This document shows positions 19,519-28,451 of a DNA stretch of 64,000 nucleotides, piece after piece. Each line of letters starts with the position of its first letter. Position 1 is the first letter of the stretch. This DNA is from Thermoplasmata archaeon. Lineage in GTDB: Archaea > Thermoplasmatota > E2 > DHVEG-1. The notes below the pieces were generated by a model, which saw only the letters and a list, made by a program, of their open reading frames with translations, did no database searches and was not told the origin of the DNA. The DNA is taken from positions 19,048-83,047 of the forward strand of contig JAHWGK010000001.1 in assembly GCA_020054495.1 (NCBI GenBank). The letters run 5' to 3'. A program made the translations under genes and the position numbers.

Positions 19519-20061
19519 ATGAGCATTAAAAATAAGGCAGTGTTTCTTGATAGAGACGGCGTAATCAATGAAGTAGTATTTCATAATAGTGAAAAGCCAT
19601 CATCACCATGGAATTTCAATGAATTTAAGCTTATAAAAGGAGTGAAAGAACCATTGGAAGCCCTAGCAAAAATAGGATATTTACTTTTTGTAATATCAAA
19701 TCAACCTGATATATCACGAGGGTTTGTTGAAAAAGGAACGACTGAGAAAATAAGCCGGATAATCTATGATAAATACCCTGTTAAAGAGATTATAGTTTGT
19801 CCTCATGATGATCATCATAATTGTAACTGCCGTAAACCCAAACCTGGGATGATTTTAGAACTATCAAAAAAATATGATGTTGATTTAAAAAAATCGTTTT
19901 TAATTGGTGATAACTGGAAAGATACTGAAGCAGGGGAAAAAGCTGGATGTACAACTATTTTATTGGATAAAACTTATAATAAATCTGTTGAGTCTGATTA
20001 TAGAACAGAAAATCTAAACACAGCTGTAAAGTTGATAAAATCTATTCATAATAAAAATTAA
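19519..20061 (+). CDS. gmhB: D-glycero-D-manno-heptose 1,7-bisphosphate phosphatase-like HAD (GmhB)
   Basis: AVFLDRDGVINE, ISNQPDISRG, zinc-site CPHDDHHNCNCRKPKPGM, IGDNWKDTEAG. Confidence 0.85.
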   Translation: MSIKNKAVFLDRDGVINEVVFHNSEKPSSPWNFNEFKLIKGVKEPLEALAKIGYLLFVISNQPDISRGFVEKGTTEKISRIIYDKYPVKEIIVCPHDDHHNCNCRKPKPGMILELSKKYDVDLKKSFLIGDNWKDTEAGEKAGCTTILLDKTYNKSVESDYRTENLNTAVKLIKSIHNKN

Positions 20062-20184
20062 ATCTGTTTATTAATTTTATTTAAAAAAATATTTCGATAA
20101 AATAATTTTAATGAATTCTAAAAACCATAGAAATTATTAAAAAATATCTTTATATAGAGGATATTCAAATTATGGAGTTAAATA

Positions 20185-20979
20185 ATGTTAAAGAGAGATG
20201 AAAAAGAAGTTAAACCACCGATTTTTGTTCTTGGTTGTCAGCGTTCCGGTACAACCTTACTTAGAAGAATTCTGGATTCACATCCGAACATTGTTTGTCC
20301 ACCGGAATCAGTTTTTCTTGAAGAGCTATCAAAGGTCTATGAAACAGAGAGGTCAATTGCTGGTTTAGAATCTATGGGATTTAGTGAAGAAGATATATTA
20401 GAACAAATGCGTATGTTTACAACGTTTTTCTTTGAAGGATATGCAAAATCCAAGAGTAAACCACGATGGGCAGATAAAACATGCCCTTATCTAAATCACG
20501 TTAATACCATTGACTCTGTGTTTAAACAAGAAGTAGTATACATTGGAATAGTGCGACATGGTCTGGATGTTGCATATTCATTATGTGATCTTAATATGGG
20601 AGTTCTGAAACCATATATTGCAGATGGAACTGATAAAAAAATTGCGGCAATTCAATTCTGGAAAGACCAAAACATGAAACTACTGGATTTCAGAGATAAG
20701 GTTAAAGATCGTTTTTATCTTGTTAAATATGAAGATCTTACCACCAAACCAGAATCTATACTACCTGCCATTTTTAAGTTCCTTGACGAGCCGTGGGACA
20801 ATAAAATTTTAAATTATAACGATTTCGAACATGACCCAGGATTTGAAGATCCAAAGATAGCAAACTATGATAAGATACAACCTAACTTTGGTAACTATAA
20901 AAAATGGCCTATTAGCACCCAAAGGCGTTTATATCAAACAGCTCTTATGATGTTCAAACGCCTAGGTTATACCATATAG
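20185..20979 (+). CDS. PAPS-dependent sulfotransferase
   Basis: 5'-PSB loop PIFVLGCQRSGTTLLRRIL and a 3'-PB-like VRHGLDVAYS. Confidence 0.8.
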   Translation: MLKRDEKEVKPPIFVLGCQRSGTTLLRRILDSHPNIVCPPESVFLEELSKVYETERSIAGLESMGFSEEDILEQMRMFTTFFFEGYAKSKSKPRWADKTCPYLNHVNTIDSVFKQEVVYIGIVRHGLDVAYSLCDLNMGVLKPYIADGTDKKIAAIQFWKDQNMKLLDFRDKVKDRFYLVKYEDLTTKPESILPAIFKFLDEPWDNKILNYNDFEHDPGFEDPKIANYDKIQPNFGNYKKWPISTQRRLYQTALMMFKRLGYTI

Positions 20980-20989
20980 AAGGGAGAAT

Positions 20990-21658
20990 ATGGAAATAGA
21001 TTTCTTTGAAGCATCTACAAGAGCACCATCTGAAAGAACAGAATTATGTAAAGATGTATCACATGACATGTTTTCAGATGATTACATAAATTTTGGTTAT
21101 GATTATTTTGATAATAAGGATTATTTTGTTGGATATCATGGATACAAATACGATGGGCGATTCAAAGAAACTGCTGAAAAAATTGTTGAACATTACGGAC
21201 TTGAAAAAGGATCAAAAGTTTTAGAGTTAGGTTGCGCAAAAGGTTACTTGTTAATAGAATTTCATAAATTGAAGATGGATGTTTATGGTGTAGATATAAG
21301 CAAATACGCTGTTGATAATGCACATTCAGATATCAAAGATAGATTAAAGATTGGAAGACTTGCGGATATGAATTTTAAGGAAAATTATTTTGATTTAGTA
21401 CTAAGTAAAGAATTATTACCACATCTTAAAATGGATGAATTGCTTCAAGTTTTAAAAGAAACAAAACGGATCTCAAAAGATAACATTTTTCATATGATTC
21501 AATGTGGTCGTAATGAAAAAGAACTTGAATTAATGAAAAAATGGGATCATACTCATCAAATTCTTATGACACCAACAAAATGGGTTGAATTTTTTAATCA
21601 AAATAACTATAACTGTGATTATCAGTTTAAGGTGTTAGCAATACAGGAGGGGGTATAA
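20990..21658 (+). CDS. class I SAM-dependent methyltransferase
   Basis: VLELGCAKGYL motif I, VYGVDIS post-I, FDLVLSKELL. Confidence 0.75.
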   Translation: MEIDFFEASTRAPSERTELCKDVSHDMFSDDYINFGYDYFDNKDYFVGYHGYKYDGRFKETAEKIVEHYGLEKGSKVLELGCAKGYLLIEFHKLKMDVYGVDISKYAVDNAHSDIKDRLKIGRLADMNFKENYFDLVLSKELLPHLKMDELLQVLKETKRISKDNIFHMIQCGRNEKELELMKKWDHTHQILMTPTKWVEFFNQNNYNCDYQFKVLAIQEGV

Positions 21659-22644
21659 TAAAAAATATTCTTGTAACAGGCGGAGCAGGATATGTTGGAA
21701 GTATATTAGTTCCAAAGTTGCTAAATAAAAACTATTATGTAACAGTTCTTGACAAAATGTGGTTTGGTAGTGAAGGGATAGATTATCTAAAAAACAAAAA
21801 TCTCAAAATTATAAAAGGAGATACTAGGGACAAAGAACTTGTAAATAAAATAACCCAAGATATCGACACTGTAATTCATCTGGCAGCTGTTTCAAATGAT
21901 CCCTGTTCAGAACTTGATCATAATTTGACAAAAGAAGTAAATTATGAAGCAACTGTGAATCTTGCTAAAACATCGAAAAAAAATGGTGTTAAAAGATTTA
22001 TTAACATTTCAACAGCAAGTGTCTATGGAATAAAAGATGACCCAAATGTAACTGAAGATCTTTCACTTGAACCATTAACAATTTATTCCAAAACAAAAGC
22101 AGATGCTGAACAAAAAGTGAAAGAATGCAATGATGAAAATTTTACAGCAGTTAATCTTAGACCATCAACTGCATGTGGATATTCTCCCAGGATGAGACTT
22201 GATCTTGTTGTTAATATTTTAACATCTCATGCAATAATGAATAAGAAAATACTAGTTTTTGGCGGTACACAAAAAAGACCAAATATACATGTTCAAGATA
22301 TTGCAGATTTATATGTCATGATGGTTGAATACCCTAAGGAAAAAATTGCTGGTGAAGCATTCAACATAGCTTTTGAAAACCATACAGTTTTGGGACTAGC
22401 TGAAACGATTAGAAACATTATCGGTAAAGATGTTGAAATCGAAGTTCAACCAACAAATGACCCTCGATCCTATCATGTATCATCAGAGAAAATCACAAAA
22501 ATGACAGGCTATAAACCAAAGAAAACAATAAAAGATGCAGTTCTTGGAATTAAAGATGCTTTTGAGCAGAATAAAATCCAGGATTGGAAAGATATTAACT
22601 ATTATAATGTAAAGAAGATGAAAGCTATTCAAGAGCTGTTATAA
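21658..22644 (+). CDS. NAD-dependent epimerase/dehydratase (extended SDR); proposed ATA start
   Basis: The Rossmann motif KNILVTGGAGYVGS is encoded at 21661-21702, upstream of the first canonical in-frame start (TTG 21718). GGAGG 21646-21650 precedes ATA 21658. Also YSKTKADAE (YxxxK). Confidence 0.8.
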   Translation: MKNILVTGGAGYVGSILVPKLLNKNYYVTVLDKMWFGSEGIDYLKNKNLKIIKGDTRDKELVNKITQDIDTVIHLAAVSNDPCSELDHNLTKEVNYEATVNLAKTSKKNGVKRFINISTASVYGIKDDPNVTEDLSLEPLTIYSKTKADAEQKVKECNDENFTAVNLRPSTACGYSPRMRLDLVVNILTSHAIMNKKILVFGGTQKRPNIHVQDIADLYVMMVEYPKEKIAGEAFNIAFENHTVLGLAETIRNIIGKDVEIEVQPTNDPRSYHVSSEKITKMTGYKPKKTIKDAVLGIKDAFEQNKIQDWKDINYYNVKKMKAIQELL

Positions 22645-23744
22645 TGAAGGTCCCATTTATTGGTTTAAAAAAGCAGCATGAAACAATAAAACAGGAAATC
22701 CTTGACGCAGTTGGAAAAGTAATTGATGATTCGTACTTTATTCTTGGTGAGGATGTTAAAGAATTCGAAAATAATTTTTCTAAATACTGCGGTGTAAATT
22801 ATGCAGTTGGAATTAATTCTGGAACAGATGCTTTGATTCTAGCTATGAAATCACTAAATATAGGTAAAGGTGATGAAGTTATTACTGCTCCAAATTCTTT
22901 TCTTTCTACAGCCTCAAGTATTATTGCAATAGGTGGAAAACCTGTTTTTGTTGATGTCAGAGAAGATATGAACATTAATCCGAGGTTGATAAAAGATGCT
23001 ATTACAGAGAATACAAAGGCAATTATTCCAGTTCATCTAACTGGTAGATCTGCTGATATGAAACCAATTCTAGAAATTGCAAAGGATAATAATTTATATG
23101 TTATCGAAGACGCAGCACAAGCAGTAGGTGCAGAGTATCATGGTAAAAAAGTGGGATCATTTGGACACGTAAATTGCTTTAGTCTACATCCTTTGAAAAT
23201 TCTAAATGCATGTGGAGATGGAGGAGCTGTAACTACTGATAATCAAGAGATTTATACTAAACTTATTCAGTTAAGAAATATAGGTTTGAAAAATCGTGAT
23301 GAGTCAGAATTATGGGGTTATAATAGTAGACTTGACACCATGCAAGCAGCTATTCTAAATATAAAAATGAAATATCTTGATAATTGGATTAAAAAAAGAA
23401 GGGGAAATGCAAAATACTATAATGAAGAACTAGAAAATTATGTGAAAATCCCGGCAGAAAAACCTTTTGAAAAATGTGTATATCAAACATATACAATTCA
23501 AGCAGAAAATAGAGATGATCTAAGGCAATATCTAGCAGATAACGGTATTGATACTAAAATTCACTATCCAATTCCAATTCATCTTCAAAAAGCTGCTGAA
23601 AAACTTGGCTATAAAAAAGGTTCAATGCCAATGACAGAACATTTAGCAAATTCAATTCTAGCATTACCTTCTCATCAGGATTTAGACCCTGAAGATAGGG
23701 AATATGTTGCTGAAAAAATAAAAGAATTCTATGACAAGAAATAA
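22644..23744 (+). CDS. DegT/DnrJ/EryC1-family sugar aminotransferase (WbpE-like)
   Basis: GINSGTDAL, FSLHPLKILNACGDGG, YNSRLDTMQAAIL. Confidence 0.9.
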   Translation: MKVPFIGLKKQHETIKQEILDAVGKVIDDSYFILGEDVKEFENNFSKYCGVNYAVGINSGTDALILAMKSLNIGKGDEVITAPNSFLSTASSIIAIGGKPVFVDVREDMNINPRLIKDAITENTKAIIPVHLTGRSADMKPILEIAKDNNLYVIEDAAQAVGAEYHGKKVGSFGHVNCFSLHPLKILNACGDGGAVTTDNQEIYTKLIQLRNIGLKNRDESELWGYNSRLDTMQAAILNIKMKYLDNWIKKRRGNAKYYNEELENYVKIPAEKPFEKCVYQTYTIQAENRDDLRQYLADNGIDTKIHYPIPIHLQKAAEKLGYKKGSMPMTEHLANSILALPSHQDLDPEDREYVAEKIKEFYDKK

Positions 23745-23784
23745 ACAAGGATTTTAATTTAATATTTTATAAGGGCGGATAGAG

Positions 23785-24699
23785 ATGAGATACATAATTA
23801 TTGGATATGGAAATATTGGGAAAAAAAGACACAATATTTTAGGAAAAAAGTGTGTTGCAACAGTAGATCCTTATGTCGATGATGCTGATTATAAAGACTA
23901 TCAGGATGTTCCTTTGAATCAATTTGATGCAGCTGTTCTTTCTATTCCACCAGATATAAAAATGGATCTAGTTAAGTATCTCTTGTCAAACAAAAAACAT
24001 GTTCTTGCGGAGAAACCCCTTCGGTTTAGAGATAAAAAAGAACTAGATGAAATACGATCTCTTGCTAAAAAGAACAACGTTATTTGGTATACTTCCTACA
24101 ATCATCGTTTTGAGCCGCTTATTTTAAAGTTAAAAGAAATTATGGAGAATGATGGTATTGGTGATTTCTATTTTGGTAAATTTACATATGGTTTTGGAAC
24201 TGCACAAAATAACGTTGGTACATGGCGCGATATAGATCTTGGAGTAATAGAAGAAGTTGGATGTCATTTGATTAATATGGTTCCATATTTGTTTAATAAG
24301 TACCCGGAACCTGAAGGATTCAAAATAATTAATGTTAATAATTTTGAAATTAATTCTATTGATAATTGCTGGTTTTCATACCTAGAAAACCATCTAATGT
24401 TTCATTGCACCTGGGATGCCTGGAAGAATGTATTTGAAATAGAGTTATTTGGAAGTAAGGGTTCGCTTCACTTGTATGGTTTACGAAAATGGGGAGAAAG
24501 CAAGTTGTATCATCGCTTAAGAGTCTTTCCAAGTGGTGTTCCAAAAGAAAAAGTGTTTACTTCTTCTGGCCCTGATGTAACATGGGAAAAAGACGTCGAA
24601 TTTTTTGAAGGAAGTATATCAAAGGGAAAAACATCATATGATGATGATTTATACATGTTAAACTCAATGAATACACTGTCTCAACAATTAGGTATTTAA
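23785..24699 (+). CDS. Gfo/Idh/MocA-family oxidoreductase (WbpB-like)
   Basis: MRYIIIGYGNIGKKRH Rossmann start and LAEKPL motif. Confidence 0.8.
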   Translation: MRYIIIGYGNIGKKRHNILGKKCVATVDPYVDDADYKDYQDVPLNQFDAAVLSIPPDIKMDLVKYLLSNKKHVLAEKPLRFRDKKELDEIRSLAKKNNVIWYTSYNHRFEPLILKLKEIMENDGIGDFYFGKFTYGFGTAQNNVGTWRDIDLGVIEEVGCHLINMVPYLFNKYPEPEGFKIINVNNFEINSIDNCWFSYLENHLMFHCTWDAWKNVFEIELFGSKGSLHLYGLRKWGESKLYHRLRVFPSGVPKEKVFTSSGPDVTWEKDVEFFEGSISKGKTSYDDDLYMLNSMNTLSQQLGI

Positions 24700-24713
24700 A
24701 AGAAGGTGAAATC

Positions 24714-26033
24714 ATGAAAAATGAAAACATCGCAGGTTTCATAGGTTTAACACATTTAGGAGCGGTCTCAATTGTTAGCTGGGCGTCGAAATTTGATCAA
24801 GTAATAGGTTTTGATACCAATGAAAAACTGGTGAACTTATTTTCATCCGGAAAAGCACCATTTCCGGAACCAGAACTCCAAGAACTTTTAGATAGAAATA
24901 AGAAAAACATGACTTTTACAACTGATTTTAGCAAGTTATCAGAATGTTATAGCGTCTTCATTAGTCATGATATTGTAACCGATGAAAAAAATAGGAGTAA
25001 CTATGATACTTTCTATGCTCTAATCGATGAAGCAATACCACACTTTCCACAGAAGATAATTATTGTTCTGATGAGTCAGGTTTCTGTTGGTACAAGTCGG
25101 AAACTTAAAGAGTATATTAAAGAGAAAAGACCTGATTTAAATTTTAATCTTGTATACTTTGTTGATACATTAATCATTGGTAGAGCATTGGATCGTTTTC
25201 TAAATCCTGAGAGAATTATGATTGGGACTGAAACAGGGACAGATGAAATATTTGATAAATATCTTATTTTAAAAAGACAGCTGAATTCTTTTAACGCTCC
25301 TGTTTTAATTATGAGATACGAAAGTGCCGAGATGACTAAGATTTGTATTAATTTCTATCTCTTCAACTCAGTTATATATGCTAACATTGTCGCTGATCTA
25401 TGCGAAGCATATCATGCTGATATGAATGAAATAATCCCTGCTTTAAGGCTTGATAAAAGAATTGGCCAATATTCATATATTAGACCAAGTCTAGGCGTAA
25501 CTGGTGGACATCTTGAAAGAGATATAAGAACTATTGAAAAAATGCAGAGAGAAGCAGGGCTTAAAACCGATTTCATTGAAAGATTAATGGACATAAATGA
25601 AGAAAGATACAGATGGGTTGAAGAAAAAGTAAAAAAACATTTATACCCAAAAGTAAAAAATCCAAAAATATGCATCTGGGGACTTGCCTATAAGAAAGAC
25701 ACGGAATCTTTAAAAAATTCTATTGCTCCAAAAATAATCAATGATCTACCAGATAATATTATTTTCAGCGCATATGATCCATTGGTTAAAACATTTGAAG
25801 GTACAAAGAAAGTTGAATTACACAAAGATAGATATGATGCTGTTAAAGGTGCTAGCTGTTTGATTGTCCTTACAGATCCTGATGAATTTAAAGAATTAGA
25901 TGTAAAAAAGATTAAAGAATCCATGGATAATCCGTTAATTCTCGATTGTGTAAATCTTTATTCTGATTATAAAAAAGAGATGAAAGATTTCAATTATATA
26001 GCTGTTGGGCGAATGGAGAATACCAATAAATAA
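24714..26033 (+). CDS. nucleotide-sugar dehydrogenase (WbpA/WecC-like)
   Basis: Family layout with FIGLTHLG N-terminus, central SAEMTKICINFY, GVTGGHLERD, and C-terminal WGLAYKKDTESLKNS. Confidence 0.8.
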   Translation: MKNENIAGFIGLTHLGAVSIVSWASKFDQVIGFDTNEKLVNLFSSGKAPFPEPELQELLDRNKKNMTFTTDFSKLSECYSVFISHDIVTDEKNRSNYDTFYALIDEAIPHFPQKIIIVLMSQVSVGTSRKLKEYIKEKRPDLNFNLVYFVDTLIIGRALDRFLNPERIMIGTETGTDEIFDKYLILKRQLNSFNAPVLIMRYESAEMTKICINFYLFNSVIYANIVADLCEAYHADMNEIIPALRLDKRIGQYSYIRPSLGVTGGHLERDIRTIEKMQREAGLKTDFIERLMDINEERYRWVEEKVKKHLYPKVKNPKICIWGLAYKKDTESLKNSIAPKIINDLPDNIIFSAYDPLVKTFEGTKKVELHKDRYDAVKGASCLIVLTDPDEFKELDVKKIKESMDNPLILDCVNLYSDYKKEMKDFNYIAVGRMENTNK

Positions 26034-26090
26034 TATAATTTTGATAACCTTCATATAACTAAAGATAAAGACAAAAGTTGGAGTGGTGCT

Positions 26091-27098
26091 TTGGAGAGAA
26101 AGTCAATTAAACAAGAATTTCGAAATTGTTATGAGCAAGATAGAAACCAAGTGAAAATTCCTTTTTGGATAACTCGCTGGGAAACCTCAAAGGAGATGCA
26201 AGATTTTCAAGGTGTTGAAGATCTTGTAAGATGGTTTGAATGGGCAGCTTTCCCAAAACCACATTATTTTTCAGAGGGGGAAATCTCTCCACTTGTTAAA
26301 AAATCTCAATCATATCATCAAAAGTTAATTGACCAACTATCCTTAGATATAAATGTGAAAGAATATGAGGTAAACAGTGTCTATAACGCTCAAGATTACC
26401 TCTTCCAGAACCTTTATCCTGTTCCAAATAGAATGAAAATACATCGAATTTTAGATTTTGGAGCAGGGTACGGTAGACAAGCCAATTTATGGACTCAACT
26501 CAAAAAAGATATTGTATATGTTGGAATGGATGCAATAGAATTACCTTACTGTTTGCAACATCTGTATTATAGTTATCTTGATTTACCACTTCATGAGTAT
26601 GTTATAGAGAGAGGAAATTTTAAAATAAAAGATAAACCAGGGATTTATCATCTTCCAACTTGGAGATACGATTTGTTACCTGATAATTTTTTTGATTTGA
26701 TAATCTGTGTACAAGTGTTGCATGAGTTAAATGAAATACTACTTAAAAATATGATAAAGAGTTTTCACAGGGTTCTACGACCAGGTGGCATGTTATACAT
26801 TCGTGATCATGATTTGGCATATACGCCGGGTAACAGGGTGGATCTGAAAGAATATTTGCCCAAAAATGGATTTGCACTTGAATTTAGACCACACATAGTT
26901 GATCGTGAAGAACTACATGGAATCCCCCAAATATGGCGAAAAATAGATAGGAAAACTATTGAAAGCCAAAAACCTGATAAATTAACCTTAAAATCACTAT
27001 TAAATAAAACAATTGAAACACAACCAAAAATCGGTAAAAGAATAACAGATATTTATTATAAATTCAAATATTTTAAAAAAGAAAACAACAATAATTAA
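26091..27098 (+). CDS. SAM-dependent methyltransferase (divergent)
   Basis: ILDFGAGYGRQA motif I, VGMDA, LRPGGMLYIRD. TTG start. Confidence 0.65.
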   Translation: MERKSIKQEFRNCYEQDRNQVKIPFWITRWETSKEMQDFQGVEDLVRWFEWAAFPKPHYFSEGEISPLVKKSQSYHQKLIDQLSLDINVKEYEVNSVYNAQDYLFQNLYPVPNRMKIHRILDFGAGYGRQANLWTQLKKDIVYVGMDAIELPYCLQHLYYSYLDLPLHEYVIERGNFKIKDKPGIYHLPTWRYDLLPDNFFDLIICVQVLHELNEILLKNMIKSFHRVLRPGGMLYIRDHDLAYTPGNRVDLKEYLPKNGFALEFRPHIVDREELHGIPQIWRKIDRKTIESQKPDKLTLKSLLNKTIETQPKIGKRITDIYYKFKYFKKENNNN

Positions 27099-27103
27099 AA
27101 AAT

Positions 27104-28321
27104 TCATTTTTTAACATTTTTTAAGATAGACTCATAAAAACTGTCAACTCTATTAATGTGATTATCAATCAACCATTTTTCTCTGAATTTTAAGACATTT
27201 TTTTTAAGATCGTTATAATCGTAATTATCTATTAATTTTTTTAAGTTATCAATATCATTATTGCTAACTCCAAAACCAATATTATTTTTCTCAATAATCT
27301 GTGTTAAATATTCCAAACGGTCACTAATAATCAAGGGTAAACCTGCCTCAAAGAAATTATATTGACGGTAACTCCTAGCAGCAATCTTCATAGCTTCAGG
27401 TGTACAGTGATTCATCAATTCAGTTGGTCTTATTATCGCTCCAAAGTCATACTGGGCAATTTCATTCTGAACTTGATTAAAAGGTACAGCACCGTGTAAA
27501 TGGAAATATTTTTCCTTTCGATTCATTTCGGCATACTTTTGATAAACATTCCAAACTGTACTATATGGTACAAGATAGATGTGGAAGTGTATCTTTTGTT
27601 TAAAAAACCTCTTCAACATATCAGGGATAAAAGTTGATTGCATTCCAGAACCAATATTCACAAGATGATATTCGCCATCCTCCGAGGAGAGCTTTTTGGT
27701 CTTATCCTTTACAAAAAAATCTTCATTACAATAATCAAAGTAATTTAACAAAGGACATGTAATTTTGTAATTGTGTTTTTTATAGTAATCAACTTCAAAA
27801 TCAGGACCCCTATAAATAATGCCATTCACATTTTCAAAACAATATTTATCTTTTTCATATTGCTCCTTTGAAAGATTCTCAATGCCCCACATTATTGGAC
27901 CATTATGAAGATCCATAACCACAGGTTTATCAGTATTTTTTAGAGTAAAAAAGGTTAATTCATCAGAACTACAACAATTGTATAAATCTGCCTTTATTTT
28001 TCGAAAAAGAGTCTGAAATCTTACACGATAACTAAGTTTTTCAAAAAATGGACCAAGAGCATTATCCGTCATCAAAACCTTGAACGTATGTACAATTGGT
28101 GAATCGTCACCTGATTGAGCGAAACCAAAATTTTTTAAATCTAAAAGAGGAGGCTGGTAACATATGATTTCATCAAAAACATTTTTAAAGATAGCTAAAT
28201 TTTTTTTGTCAAAATTACGGCATAAAAGAATTATCTTGAATTTCTTCGTTTTTTTCAAAGCGTATGCTTGATTATACATCCTTGGATATGGATTATGCCT
28301 CAAGAACATAATGGTTTTCAT
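27104..28321 (-). CDS. putative GT-B glycosyltransferase
   Basis: C-terminal FFEAGLPLIISD resembles the GT4 E..AGLPVI.. region. Start moved to ATG 28321 (after GGAAAGAGG). Confidence 0.5.
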   Translation of the reverse strand: MKTIMFLRHNPYPRMYNQAYALKKTKKFKIILLCRNFDKKNLAIFKNVFDEIICYQPPLLDLKNFGFAQSGDDSPIVHTFKVLMTDNALGPFFEKLSYRVRFQTLFRKIKADLYNCCSSDELTFFTLKNTDKPVVMDLHNGPIMWGIENLSKEQYEKDKYCFENVNGIIYRGPDFEVDYYKKHNYKITCPLLNYFDYCNEDFFVKDKTKKLSSEDGEYHLVNIGSGMQSTFIPDMLKRFFKQKIHFHIYLVPYSTVWNVYQKYAEMNRKEKYFHLHGAVPFNQVQNEIAQYDFGAIIRPTELMNHCTPEAMKIAARSYRQYNFFEAGLPLIISDRLEYLTQIIEKNNIGFGVSNNDIDNLKKLIDNYDYNDLKKNVLKFREKWLIDNHINRVDSFYESILKNVKK

Positions 28322-28451
28322 TTGCCTCTTTCCGATTGTAAACATGAATTCTTATAATATTTTTTCCAAAATAGTTGCTTTAGACTTAAAATATCAAAAA
28401 ACATTGAATAAGAGTGCAGTAATTAGTATAAAAATGCAAAGTTCAAATTAG

